Counted from the first letter of the stretch, positions 34,081-43,405 are shown. The stretch is 64,000 nt of DNA from Acutalibacteraceae bacterium (GCA_045533835.1 JAZSIM010000014.1:20874-84873), one strand, 5' to 3'. Program-made: numbers and translations. Notes: generated by a model not told the origin, from the sequence alone.

Positions 34081-35643
34081 TTATTCGTTATTATTTACTC
34101 CTACAATTGAGAGAAGCTCTGTTTTTGTTTTATCCTCATCGTAGGTGTTGCAGCCGACGCGGAGAATATCTCCCTCCTGCAGGTAGCCGCTGTGTCTTAC
34201 ACCGCCCTCGGGGTGGGTAACGGACAGCACGAAAAGCTTGTGAGGCCAGAAGATGTCCTTGAGCTCCTTGCCCTCTGCAAAGGAATCCTTGTTTACCGTA
34301 ACATTAAATTCAATATATTTACTCTTTTTGCCCTCATGCTCCTTATGTATGCGTCTTTCAAGGGCAAATTCGTTTATTGATTCGGAATGAGAAAGCACGG
34401 CAATCATATAGGCTACGCCTGCTGCAATAATAATGGCGGAAAGGTTTGTTGAACAGCCCAGGGCCTCAAGTGCAAAAACAACTGCCGTGAAGGGGATATT
34501 CATAATACCCGACATTCCTGCAACAAGTCCCAGTACCACAACAAGGGTGTAATAATATTCGGGAATAAGCCCCGTAAGAATCAGCACGTTTGAAAGCACG
34601 GATGCCGTAAGTGCCGATACTGCGAGAGTAGGAAGAAACAGTCCGCCCGTAAGCCCTGCCGAATTTGCGGAAAGTGTAAGAATCGTACGGAGAATTATCG
34701 TTACTATAATTATGAGCGTAAGAGAATGGTGGGTAAAAAGCTCCTCCGTCAGGTGGTGTCCCGTTGAAATGAAGGTATAGGAATACATACCTGCGGCAAG
34801 CGTCATAATTAGGATTAAAAATATCTTTATCCCGCTGTCCGTCTTTTTAAGTGTTGTGTTGAAGAGCTTGTTTATTCTTCTGAAGGTATGCAGGAAGACA
34901 ACAGAGAAAATGCCTAATGTGATGCCCGTCAGCAGGGGAATCCACATTTCGCTTACTGAAAGCGGGGGGATTGAAATGTCGTGGAAAATTTCGGGAGAAA
35001 TACCGAAAAGGGGACAGAGTAGCTGAGTTACAACCCTGCAGGCTGCTACGGATACAATGGTGATGATAATTATTACAGGGGAGAGCCTTCTGTGCATTTC
35101 CTCAATTATGAAAATAATGCCCGTCATAGGAGCGCCCGTTGCCGCCGCAAAGCCGGCGGAAGCACCGCCCGTTATGCTGTAACGGCTCCAAACCTCTCCC
35201 TTTTTACCGAGTGCTTTTGTTACGGATTCACCAAGAGAAGCGCCCATAAGCACGCAGGGACCTTCATTACCGAGGGGTACGCCGAGAAGAAAATTGAGAA
35301 GTGAAAGAGTAAAGGTGCCCACAAGGGAGCGAAGCCACTTGAAGGAGAAAATGCCTCCCACAAGCCCCATTGTGTCGCTGATTCCTCCGCCCTTTACGGA
35401 GGGGTATTTTTTATAAATGAAGCGGAGTGCAAGGGCAATAAGCGCCGGCACGGGAACGGCAGCAGCAATAAATACGGGCTTTTCCCTAAGAAAATTATAA
35501 ATGCTCTCCGAAAAGGAAATGGCATAGAAGGCAAGGAAGCGGTACAGGGTAACGACAGCTCCCGTCAATGCTCCTGTTGAAATACCGATTACAATAACCG
35601 GCACCATCAGCCTTAAGGTATGTAATTGTTTCAGTCTGTTCAT
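34081..35643 (-). CDS. ClC-family voltage-gated chloride channel with a C-terminal TrkA-C-like domain
   Basis: GNEGPCVLMGASLG and GAPMTGIIFIIEE selectivity-filter motifs are present. It has about 10-12 TM helices. Confidence 0.88.
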   Translation of the reverse strand: MNRLKQLHTLRLMVPVIVIGISTGALTGAVVTLYRFLAFYAISFSESIYNFLREKPVFIAAAVPVPALIALALRFIYKKYPSVKGGGISDTMGLVGGIFSFKWLRSLVGTFTLSLLNFLLGVPLGNEGPCVLMGASLGESVTKALGKKGEVWSRYSITGGASAGFAAATGAPMTGIIFIIEEMHRRLSPVIIIITIVSVAACRVVTQLLCPLFGISPEIFHDISIPPLSVSEMWIPLLTGITLGIFSVVFLHTFRRINKLFNTTLKKTDSGIKIFLILIMTLAAGMYSYTFISTGHHLTEELFTHHSLTLIIIVTIILRTILTLSANSAGLTGGLFLPTLAVSALTASVLSNVLILTGLIPEYYYTLVVVLGLVAGMSGIMNIPFTAVVFALEALGCSTNLSAIIIAAGVAYMIAVLSHSESINEFALERRIHKEHEGKKSKYIEFNVTVNKDSFAEGKELKDIFWPHKLFVLSVTHPEGGVRHSGYLQEGDILRVGCNTYDEDKTKTELLSIVGVNNNE

Positions 35644-35695
35644 AAGGATTCCTCCTTTATGCGAGTGAAAAGTGAAGAGTGAATAGGTAATAAGT

Positions 35696-35730
35696 AAAAA
35701 AACGACAGGTATTAAACCTGTCGTTTTTTT
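35696..35730 (-). terminator. Terminator after the tRNA-Ser pair
   Basis: AAAAAAACGACAGG-5 nt-CCTGTCGTTTTTTT, symmetric. Confidence 0.6.
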
Positions 35731-35823
35731 GGCGGAGCAGGAGAGACTCGAACTCTCGCGCCGGGGTTTAGCCGACCTACGCCCTTAGCAGGGGCGCCTC
35801 GTCACCAACTTGAGTACTGCTCC
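35730..35823 (-). tRNA. tRNA-Ser (anticodon GCU)
   Basis: The reverse complement is GGAGCAGTACTCAAGTTGGTGACGAGGCGCCCCTGCTAAGGGCG...GTTCGAGTCTCTCCTGCTCCGCCA. It shows a 7-bp acceptor stem, a CUGCUAA anticodon loop, a long variable arm, GTTCGAGTC and an encoded CCA. Confidence 0.85.
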
Positions 35824-35853
35824 GTATGGTAAACGTGATTATATTAAAAAAAA

Positions 35854-35944
35854 TGGCGGAGAGAGTGGGATTCGAACCCACGGTACCCGTAAGAGTACGA
35901 CGGTTTTCAAGACCGTTCCGTTATGACCGCTTCGGTATCTCTCC
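35854..35944 (-). tRNA. tRNA-Ser (anticodon UGA)
   Basis: The reverse complement is GGAGAGATACCGAAGCGGTCATAACGGAACGGTCTTGAAAACCGTCG...GGTTCGAATCCCACTCTCTCCGCCA. It shows a CUUGAAA anticodon loop, a long variable arm and an encoded CCA. Confidence 0.85.
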
Positions 35945-35958
35945 AATTAGCATTTGAT

Positions 35959-35987
35959 ATATTACCACAATCCGTTTTCCTTGTCAA
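35959..35987 (-). promoter_or_regulatory. SigmaA-type promoter candidate of the tRNA-Ser pair
   Basis: On the minus strand: TTGACA, 17 nt, then TAATAT with a TG extension, about 15 nt upstream of the first tRNA. Confidence 0.6.
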
Positions 35988-36076
35988 GTCCTTTTCTCAA
36001 GTTATTTTTTTAAGTCGCGAAGAAAAAAATATTTGCAATTTCTTAATATTTTATACACAAATGGCTTACGTTGTAT

Positions 36077-36105
36077 TTGACTATGTTTTTCCTTTGTGAT
36101 AAAAT
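36077..36105 (+). promoter_or_regulatory. SigmaA-type promoter candidate
   Basis: TTGACT, 17 nt, then TAAAAT with a TG extension. Confidence 0.55.
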
Positions 36106-36143
36106 ATATGTAATAATTATTACTTCCGGAAGGAGAAATTTAT

Positions 36144-37814
36144 ATGAAAAAGCTTATTGCAATAATTCTTTGCATCACGCTTGTATTTGCCGTGACTGCT
36201 CCTGCGGTATCAGCAGCAGACGAAGAAAGACTGCCTACGGTTTATATCCGCGGCAACGGAGAGAAGCTTTATAACGCAGACGGCACTCCCCTTAATGCCG
36301 ATTTTGCCGGCATCAGCCTTGGCGGCGGTGAAGAAGGCGAAGAGGACGATTCCGTCGAAAAAATTGTTGAGGCTGTTGTCAACATTCTCAAGCCCTTTGT
36401 TTTAGAGGGAATGCTTTTTGATAATTGGGATAATTACGGCAGGGCTATTTATGATGAGCTTGCTCCCCTGTTCAAGGATTCGGGGCTTGATGAAAACGGC
36501 AATGCCAAGAACGGCACCGGTGTTTCAACGGAGGAGCTTGAGGCCTCTACCGCACAGTCCAAGACTTCTGAACACTATATCTACAATCACGACTATAACT
36601 TTGTATATGACTGGCGTCTTTCTCCCTATGACCACGTAGACAGACTTCATCAGTTTATTACGGATATTATCAGCGCTACGGGAAAGTCACAGGTGAACAT
36701 ATATGCAAGATGCATCGGCGGCAGTCTGCTTATGGCTTACCTTGAAAAGTACGGTCATCTCGGTCATGTAAAGAACGTAATGTTTGTTGAGGTTCTTTCA
36801 AACGGCTCAACTGTTATCTCAAAATCATTCAGCGGCAAGGTTGAGTTTGATGATATACTTCTTGAAAAATATCTCGGTCAGCTGGATTACTGTGGTACAA
36901 ACGGTGTCGGTGTCGGTTTTGAGTTTCCTGCGCTTCTCAGAGAAATCGTATTCAAAACAATGGATTTCTTTAATCAGGTGAACGCTACAAATATGGTTCT
37001 CGGCAGTGTTGAAAAGCTTTATGAAAGACTTTATGAGGCTCTTATTCCTGCTATTCTGCATGCAACAGGACTTGCAACACAGGTAAATTTCTGGACCTGT
37101 GTCAAGGAAGAGGATATGAATGATGCACTGAATCTTGTGTTCGGACAGCCCGGTTCAGAGCTTCGCATAAAGTATGCCGGACTCATCGAAAAAATTCTTT
37201 ATTACAGAGAGCATATTTCCTCTGACCTTAAGGGCTATTATGACAGCCTCAGAGAAAAGGGTATTCACTTCGGCTTTACCGCAAATTACGGCCTCCTCAA
37301 TGCTCCCTTCACGGAAGATGCCGATCTGCAGTCGGATGCACTTGTAAGTCTTGAGGATGCGACATTCGGCGCAACTGCGGCAAAAATAGGAAAAACACTT
37401 TCCGATGAATATATTGCTGCACGTATTGAAAAGGGAAAGGGCAAATATATTTCAGCGGATAAGGTTGTAGACCTTTCAACTGCATACTCTCCCGAAACAA
37501 CCTGGGTATTCAAGAATGCTCACCACGATATTCTTGCTCCGTGTATGGATGTAATCCGCAGCTTTCTCAACGGCACCGGTGAAACTGTTGACAGTGTAAG
37601 CAACGGTGTCTGCTTTATGATTTATAATGAAGAAGCAAAAATTATGGAGCCTATGACGGCAGATAACTGCGGCGACCTTTCATTTATGAAAATCGGCATA
37701 GAGGAGCCTACAATCGGCTCTGCATTCAAGGCATTTGTTGATTTCTGTAAAATGTTCTTCAAGCTTATCGGAATGCTTTTCCGCGGTGAGCTTGACCTTG
37801 GAAGCCTTTTTTGA
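36144..37814 (+). CDS. Secreted alpha/beta-hydrolase-like protein (LCAT/lipase-like)
   Basis: Signal peptide MKKLIAIILCITLVFAVTAPAVSAADEE. An FVYDWRLSPYD motif (the YDWR of LCAT-like lipases). A nucleophile-elbow-like VNIYARCIGGSL. Confidence 0.55.
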   Translation: MKKLIAIILCITLVFAVTAPAVSAADEERLPTVYIRGNGEKLYNADGTPLNADFAGISLGGGEEGEEDDSVEKIVEAVVNILKPFVLEGMLFDNWDNYGRAIYDELAPLFKDSGLDENGNAKNGTGVSTEELEASTAQSKTSEHYIYNHDYNFVYDWRLSPYDHVDRLHQFITDIISATGKSQVNIYARCIGGSLLMAYLEKYGHLGHVKNVMFVEVLSNGSTVISKSFSGKVEFDDILLEKYLGQLDYCGTNGVGVGFEFPALLREIVFKTMDFFNQVNATNMVLGSVEKLYERLYEALIPAILHATGLATQVNFWTCVKEEDMNDALNLVFGQPGSELRIKYAGLIEKILYYREHISSDLKGYYDSLREKGIHFGFTANYGLLNAPFTEDADLQSDALVSLEDATFGATAAKIGKTLSDEYIAARIEKGKGKYISADKVVDLSTAYSPETTWVFKNAHHDILAPCMDVIRSFLNGTGETVDSVSNGVCFMIYNEEAKIMEPMTADNCGDLSFMKIGIEEPTIGSAFKAFVDFCKMFFKLIGMLFRGELDLGSLF

Positions 37815-37838
37815 ATAAGCTCAGCTTGTAGCTTTTTA

Positions 37839-37875
37839 CTCCCGGAAGGAAAATCTCCTTCCGGGAGCTTTTTTT
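37839..37875 (+). terminator. Rho-independent terminator
   Basis: CTCCCGGAAGGA-AAATC-TCCTTCCGGGAG followed by CTTTTTTT. Confidence 0.75.
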
Positions 37876-37939
37876 AGGTTTCCTGCAAATACAAAAGGGA
37901 CTGCACAAGCATACGCTTTTACAGTCCCGAGGGTATCTT

Positions 37940-38222
37940 TTATTCAATTGATGTTGCGGTAAGATATGCGGCTTTTGTTGCATCTGCAATTTTTCCGACC
38001 TTTTTTGCGTCGCCGATGGCTGTTACGTCAAAGCCTGCTGCTGAAAGCTCCTTTGCAAGCTTATTTTCGGATTTTGAACCGAGTGCAAGAACCACTTTTT
38101 TCGCAGGGAATTTCTCTTGTCTTCTTTGTCCTTACGTTTTCGGTCACAATAAAGCCGTTATTGACCTCAGTCAGCTTTTCGCCCGTAAAAATTTCTGTAA
38201 ACAGTCTTCCCGTTACAGCGTA
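37940..38222 (-). pseudogene. C-terminal relic of a FadH/OYE-type flavin oxidoreductase paralog, frameshifted and 5'-truncated
   Basis: The minus strand reads ...TGEKLTEVNNGFIVTENVRTKKTREIPCEK, then a frameshift in the run GAAAAAAG, then VVLALGSKSENKLAKELSAAGFDVTAIGDAKKVGKIADATKAAYLTATSIE*. Compare the C-terminus of 38335..40395 (...[19 protein letters not shown]...[12 protein letters not shown]...). Confidence 0.5.
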
Positions 38223-38272
38223 AAATATCAAAAAATAATTGACAAAAAATTGTCACAGTATTTCAAATTACC

Positions 38273-38301
38273 TTGACATAATAATCTGTTTTTTATATAC
38301 T
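38273..38301 (+). promoter_or_regulatory. SigmaA-type promoter candidate of the oxidoreductase gene
   Basis: TTGACA, 17 nt, then TATACT. Confidence 0.55.
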
Positions 38302-38334
38302 ATTTAATTGGAAAAAAGAAAGGACGGGTTATTT

Positions 38335-40395
38335 ATGGACAACAAGTATGATGCTTTATTTACCCCCTGGAAGATAGGCAATTGTGAAATCAAAAACAGA
38401 ATTGTTATGTGTCCCATGGGCGGTACCTCACTTTTCGGCTGGTTTGAGCTTGGCGGCTGCCATTTTGACAAGGAAGCAGCAAAGCTTTTCATTGAAAGAG
38501 CCAACAATAACGTAGGTCTTATCATTCCCGGTATTGCACCTCTTCGCGATACCTTCTGGGGCAAGTGGCTCTGGCAGAATCCCAAGATGTTTGAGGACCT
38601 CAAGGTATTTATGGATGAAATCCATAAGACAGGCGCAAAGCTTTTCGTTCAGCTTACAGCAGGTATGGGCAGAAGCTGGGCTATCACCGAGCTTATTGCA
38701 CCTCTTCACAAGAACAAGATTACAAGGGCTATCATTAAGCCTATTATTGATACCTCACACGAGCTTGCTTCTCCCAGTCCCCAGCCCTCACGCTGGGCAC
38801 ACGATATTATCTGCCCCGAAATGACAAAGGAGCAGATTCACGAAATCATTGAAGCATTCGCAAAGACCGCAAAGCTCTGCCGTGATGCAGGCGTTGACGG
38901 TGTTGAGGTTCACGCTGTTCACGAGGGCTATCTTCTTGACCAGTTCGCAATTGAATTTTTCAATAAGAGAAGCGACGAATACGGCGGAAGCTTTGAAAAC
39001 AGATACCGCTTTGCAGCAGAGGTTGTAAAGGCTATCAAGTGTGCCTGCGGTGACGATTATCCCGTATCTCTTCGTTACTCCGTTGAATCCAAGATGAAGG
39101 GCTTCTGCGAGGGTGCAATGCCCGGTGAGGACTATGTTGAGGTCGGCAGAAATATGGAGGAATCCGAAAGAGCTGCAAAGTACCTTCAGGACGCAGGTTA
39201 TGATATGCTCAATGCCGACAACGGCACCTATGACTCCTGGTACTGGGCTCATCCCCCCATGTATATGCCCGAAAACTGCAACCTTGAGGATGTTGCACAC
39301 ATCAAGAAGTTTGTTGACATTCCCGTTGTATGCGCAGGCCGTATGGATGCTGCTACAGCTTCAGAGGCTATCGCTGAGGGCAAGATTGACGGTGTAGGCG
39401 TTGCACGTCAGTTCCTTGTTGACCCCGAATGGATCACAAAGATTATTGAGGACAGACTTGAGGACATCAAGCCCTGTATCTGCTGTCACAGCGGCTGCTT
39501 CAACTTCTCCTCCTCAAAGGGTCACGCAAATACTCAGGATCTCTTCGATACAATGGGTCTTGCACGCTGTGCTCTTAACCCCAGGACCATGCAGTCCAAA
39601 AAGTATAAGATTGAAAAGGCTAAGAAGCAGAAGAACATTGCTGTTATCGGCGGCGGTATCGGCGGTATGGAGGCAGCTATCGTTCTCGCTCAGAGAGGCC
39701 ATAAGGTTACTCTTTACGAAAAGACCGACAAGCTTGGCGGTGTATTCATTGCTGCTGCCGCTCCCTCCTTCAAGGAGAAGGACCGTGACCTTATTGCATG
39801 GTACAGACGCGAAATCACAAGATATCCCATCGAGATCAAGTTCAATACCGAGGTAAAGAACATTGAGGCTCTCGGTGCTGATGAGGTTATCGTGGCAACA
39901 GGTGCAGTTGCAAACAAGATTCCTGTTCCCGGTGCAGATAAGGCTATCGAAGCATGCGAATACCTTCTCGGTGAAAAGACCGTAGGTGAAAACGTTGTTA
40001 TTGTCGGCGGCGGTCTTACAGGCTGTGAAATTGCTTACGACTTATTCCTTCAGGGCAAGAAGCCCGTTATCGTTGAAATGCAGGATGACCTTATCACCAC
40101 TCCCGGTGTTGCACTTGCAAACACAAGCTTCCTTCGTGACTGCTTCAAGACAAATAAGGTTCCCGTATATCTCGAAACAAAGACAACAGAAATCCGTGAC
40201 AATGGTGTTACCGTTATGGATAAGAACGGCAAGAAGACAGATATCCCCTGCGATAACGTAATTCTTTCCGTAGGCTACAGACCCGCTCCCGTAGCAGAAA
40301 AGAGCAAGAAGGTTCACGTAATCGGTGACGCTTGCAAGGTAGGAAATCTCCGTACCGTTATCTGGCAGGCATGGGACGTTGCAATGAAGCTGTAA
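38335..40395 (+). CDS. NADH:flavin oxidoreductase (OYE domain) fused to an FAD/NAD(P)-binding domain, 2,4-dienoyl-CoA reductase (FadH) family
   Basis: [29 protein letters not shown] is an OYE N-terminus. A CxxCxxxC-like cluster region (CICCHSGC) is present. [14 protein letters not shown] and [12 protein letters not shown] are dinucleotide folds. Confidence 0.88.
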   Translation: MDNKYDALFTPWKIGNCEIKNRIVMCPMGGTSLFGWFELGGCHFDKEAAKLFIERANNNVGLIIPGIAPLRDTFWGKWLWQNPKMFEDLKVFMDEIHKTGAKLFVQLTAGMGRSWAITELIAPLHKNKITRAIIKPIIDTSHELASPSPQPSRWAHDIICPEMTKEQIHEIIEAFAKTAKLCRDAGVDGVEVHAVHEGYLLDQFAIEFFNKRSDEYGGSFENRYRFAAEVVKAIKCACGDDYPVSLRYSVESKMKGFCEGAMPGEDYVEVGRNMEESERAAKYLQDAGYDMLNADNGTYDSWYWAHPPMYMPENCNLEDVAHIKKFVDIPVVCAGRMDAATASEAIAEGKIDGVGVARQFLVDPEWITKIIEDRLEDIKPCICCHSGCFNFSSSKGHANTQDLFDTMGLARCALNPRTMQSKKYKIEKAKKQKNIAVIGGGIGGMEAAIVLAQRGHKVTLYEKTDKLGGVFIAAAAPSFKEKDRDLIAWYRREITRYPIEIKFNTEVKNIEALGADEVIVATGAVANKIPVPGADKAIEACEYLLGEKTVGENVVIVGGGLTGCEIAYDLFLQGKKPVIVEMQDDLITTPGVALANTSFLRDCFKTNKVPVYLETKTTEIRDNGVTVMDKNGKKTDIPCDNVILSVGYRPAPVAEKSKKVHVIGDACKVGNLRTVIWQAWDVAMKL

Positions 40396-40421
40396 TTCCA
40401 TATTAAAAAAACATAATAATC

Positions 40422-40464
40422 AAAGCACAGAGCTACCGTAAAAAAGCAGCTCTGTGCTTTTTTC
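40422..40464 (+). terminator. Rho-independent terminator
   Basis: AAAGCACAGAGCT-11 nt-AGCTCTGTGCTTT followed by TTTC. Confidence 0.75.
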
Positions 40465-40561
40465 TGTTTGCTTCCTTATGACGGATTGAGCGTTTTATTT
40501 TTGAAAATTTATAATGAATTCACCTGTATTTTTTTAACCTCTCCCGGAATGCGATAAATAA

Positions 40562-40591
40562 ACCCGATGGGATAAAAATGTCCCATCGGGT
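40562..40591. promoter_or_regulatory. Perfect 11-bp inverted repeat next to the WYL gene promoter (candidate operator)
   Basis: ACCCGATGGGA-taaaaatg-TCCCATCGGGT. It is directly followed by TTGTAA, 17 nt, then TAAAAT. Confidence 0.3.
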
Positions 40592-40639
40592 ATTGTAATA
40601 TATGGCTGAAAGTGATAAAATGCTTATGAGGTGACCGGT

Positions 40640-41698
40640 ATGTCTTCAAAGCAACCTAAAAAACAGCTTATTCTTAATGTTCTTGATATTCTCAAAAAGT
40701 ATACGGATGAAGATCACAGACTTTCTCAGAAGGAAATCGTTGATATTCTCAGAATTGAATATGATATGTCGGCAGACAGAAAATCCGTAAGACGAAATAT
40801 CCTTGATCTTATAGAGCTTGGCTATGAAATTGAATACAGCGAAGCCATCCGGATGGTGCCGAATAAAGCAACGGGAGAATTGGAAGAAAGCTACATCTGG
40901 TCTGATTTTTACCTTGTACGGGAATTTGCGGACAGCGAGCTCAGACTTCTTATTGACAGCCTTCTGTTTTCCAAGCATATTCCTTACAGCCAGTGCAAGG
41001 AGCTTATCGGAAAGCTTGAAGGACTTTCGAACAGATACTTCAGATCAAAGGTAAAGCATATCAGGACCATGCCCGACAGTTCACTTGACAACCGTCAGCT
41101 TTTCTATACAATAGATGTACTTGATGAAGCCATAAGCCGCGGCAGACAAGTGTCTTTCTGCTATAACCGATACGGCACGGACAAAAAGCTTCATGCCGAA
41201 AAGGATGCAAACGGTAAGGTCAGGGAGTATATTATCAACCCGTATCAGATAGCCGCCACCAACGGCAGATATTATCTTATCGCAAATTACGATAAATACG
41301 AAAATGTGTCACATTACAGACTTGACCGCATTACTGACATAAAAATACTTCAGTCAGCGGTGAAGCCGATAAAGCAGGTAAAAGGACTTGAAAACGGTTT
41401 TTCTCTTCCGAAGCATATGGCAGAGCACGTTTATATGTTTTCGGGGGAAAGTATTCCCGTTGTATTCAAAGCAAAAAAATACATCGTCGGAGATGTTCTC
41501 GACTGGTTCGGAAAAAATGTTGAGTTTTCCGATGAAACGAAGGATGAAATCACAGTCCGTGTAACGGTCAACGAAAAAGCAATGCGCCGCTGGGCTCTGC
41601 AGTATGCTCTCCATACGAAAATCATTTCCCCCGAGAGCCTTATGGAGCAGATAAAGGAAGATTTAAAAAGGGCTACGGAGAATTACGACAATAGCTGA
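40640..41698 (+). CDS. WYL-domain transcriptional regulator (N-terminal wHTH)
   Basis: N-terminal LILNVLDILKKYTDEDHRLSQKEIVDIL (HTH). A central SHYRLDRITDIKIL WYL-type motif. The start MSSKQ lies 6 nt after GAGGTGA. Confidence 0.8.
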   Translation: MSSKQPKKQLILNVLDILKKYTDEDHRLSQKEIVDILRIEYDMSADRKSVRRNILDLIELGYEIEYSEAIRMVPNKATGELEESYIWSDFYLVREFADSELRLLIDSLLFSKHIPYSQCKELIGKLEGLSNRYFRSKVKHIRTMPDSSLDNRQLFYTIDVLDEAISRGRQVSFCYNRYGTDKKLHAEKDANGKVREYIINPYQIAATNGRYYLIANYDKYENVSHYRLDRITDIKILQSAVKPIKQVKGLENGFSLPKHMAEHVYMFSGESIPVVFKAKKYIVGDVLDWFGKNVEFSDETKDEITVRVTVNEKAMRRWALQYALHTKIISPESLMEQIKEDLKRATENYDNS

Positions 41699-41726
41699 CA
41701 ATTAAATGAAGAAAAGAATAACAAAT

Positions 41727-41759
41727 GGGATGTGTATGCGAATACATGTCCCGTTTTTT
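41727..41759 (+). terminator. Terminator hairpin, copy 1 of 3
   Basis: GGGATGTGTAT-GCGA-ATACATGTCCC (two G:U pairs) followed by GTTTTTT. Confidence 0.6.
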
Positions 41760-41807
41760 GTACATGTCCTGCGTTATATTTGTGTCAGAAAACAAAGGAG
41801 AATAACA

Positions 41808-42470
41808 ATGGAAAATAAAAATAAACAGCAAACCGGATATTATAAGTGTAAGATTAAAGATACACACTACAATTCAGATGGTAGTATACGTTATTGTCGT
41901 GAAACAGAATATGATAATAACGGAAACGAGATAAAAATTACTTCATTTAACCCCGATGGCAGTATACATTGGTGGAGTGAAAAGCAATATGACGAAAACA
42001 ACAGGGAAATAAAGTTAATTGATTACAATCATGATGGCATTATAGATGGATGGTATGAAACAGAATATGATAATAACGGAAATGAGATAAACTTTACTTC
42101 ATTTAACTCCGATGGTAGAAATAATTGGTGGTATGAAAAAGAATATGATGAAAACAACAGGCAGATAAAGCTTATTTATTACAATCCTGATGGCAGCATA
42201 CGTTGGTGGCGTGAAACAGAATATTATAATAACGGGAATGAGATAAAATGTACTACATTTAACTCCGACGGCAGTATAGATTGGTGGAGCGAAAATGAAT
42301 ATGACGCAAATTACAGGTTGATAAACGAGTCTGATGGCGACATAAACGAGTGGAATGAATATGAATATGATGATAATGGCAATAAGGTAAGGTGTAATTG
42401 TTTCGACTCCGCAGGAAAAATAAAAAGAGTTATTGAATATGAATACCGAAAATCTGAAATAACCGGATAA
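41808..42470 (+). CDS. Repeat protein 1 (220 aa; about eight 26-aa YD-like repeats)
   Basis: MENKNKQQTGYYKCKIKDTHYNSDGSIRYCRETEYDNNGNEIKITSFNPDGSIHWWSEKQYDENNREIK... The RBS AAAGGAG is present. It has no signal peptide. Confidence 0.75.
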   Translation: MENKNKQQTGYYKCKIKDTHYNSDGSIRYCRETEYDNNGNEIKITSFNPDGSIHWWSEKQYDENNREIKLIDYNHDGIIDGWYETEYDNNGNEINFTSFNSDGRNNWWYEKEYDENNRQIKLIYYNPDGSIRWWRETEYYNNGNEIKCTTFNSDGSIDWWSENEYDANYRLINESDGDINEWNEYEYDDNGNKVRCNCFDSAGKIKRVIEYEYRKSEITG

Positions 42471-42481
42471 TTCACCGTTAC

Positions 42482-42514
42482 GGGATGTGTATGCGAATAC
42501 ATGTCCCGTTTTTT
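42482..42514 (+). terminator. Terminator hairpin, copy 2 of 3
   Basis: Identical to 41727..41759. Confidence 0.6.
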
Positions 42515-42562
42515 GTACATGTCCTGCGTTATATTTGTGTCAGAAAACAAAGGAGGATAACA

Positions 42563-43393
42563 ATGGAAAATAAAAGCAAACAGCAAACCGGATATTATAA
42601 GTGTAATATAAAAGATACACACTACAATTCAGATGGTAGTATACGTTATTATCGTGAAACAGAATATGATAATAACGGAAACGAGATAAAATCTACTTCA
42701 TTTAAACCCGATGGCAGTATAGATTGGTGGACTGAAAAAGAATATGACGAAAACAACAGGCAGATAAAGCATATTGCTTACAATTCTGATGGCAGCGTAA
42801 TCAACTGGTATGAAGAAGAATATAACAACAACGGAAACGAGATAAAACAAACTGAATATGATTCTGACGGCAGTATATATTGGTGGAGTGAAACAGAATA
42901 TGATAATAACGGAAATGTGATAAAACAAACCGGCTATGATTCTGACGGCAGTATAAATTGGTGGAGTAAAAAAGAATATGATAATAACGGAAATGAGATA
43001 AAGCTGACTGAATATAATTCTGACGGCAGTATAGATTGGTGGAGTGAAAAGGAATATGACGAAAACAACAGACAGATAAAGCATATTTATTACAAGTCTG
43101 ATGGCAGCATAAACCGTTGGCATGAAAAAGAATATAACAAAAACGGTAATAAGATGAAATTTTCTTCATTTAGCCCAGACGGCAGTATAGATTGGTGGAG
43201 CGAAAATGAATATGACGCAAATAACAGGTTGATAAAGCATACTGTTTACGAGTCTGATGGCGACATAAACGAGTGGAATGAATATGAATATGACGATAAT
43301 GGCAATAAGGTAAGGTGTAGTTGTTTCGACTCCGCAGGAAAAATAAAAAGAGTTATTGAATATGAATACCGAAAACCTGAAATAACCGGATAA
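42563..43393 (+). CDS. Repeat protein 2 (276 aa; about ten or eleven 26-aa YD-like repeats), paralog of 41808..42470
   Basis: MENKSKQQTGYYKCNIKDTHYNSDGSIRYYRETEYDNNGNEIK...; the 5' and 3' ends are nearly identical in DNA to gene 1. Confidence 0.75.
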   Translation: MENKSKQQTGYYKCNIKDTHYNSDGSIRYYRETEYDNNGNEIKSTSFKPDGSIDWWTEKEYDENNRQIKHIAYNSDGSVINWYEEEYNNNGNEIKQTEYDSDGSIYWWSETEYDNNGNVIKQTGYDSDGSINWWSKKEYDNNGNEIKLTEYNSDGSIDWWSEKEYDENNRQIKHIYYKSDGSINRWHEKEYNKNGNKMKFSSFSPDGSIDWWSENEYDANNRLIKHTVYESDGDINEWNEYEYDDNGNKVRCSCFDSAGKIKRVIEYEYRKPEITG

Positions 43394-43405
43394 TTCACCT
43401 TCAGC

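Noticed and set aside
37966-38276. 85-86-aa plus-strand ORFs lie upstream of the oxidoreductase gene.
   Set aside because: They lie antisense to the oxidoreductase pseudogene relic and span the promoter region. They show no coding signal.
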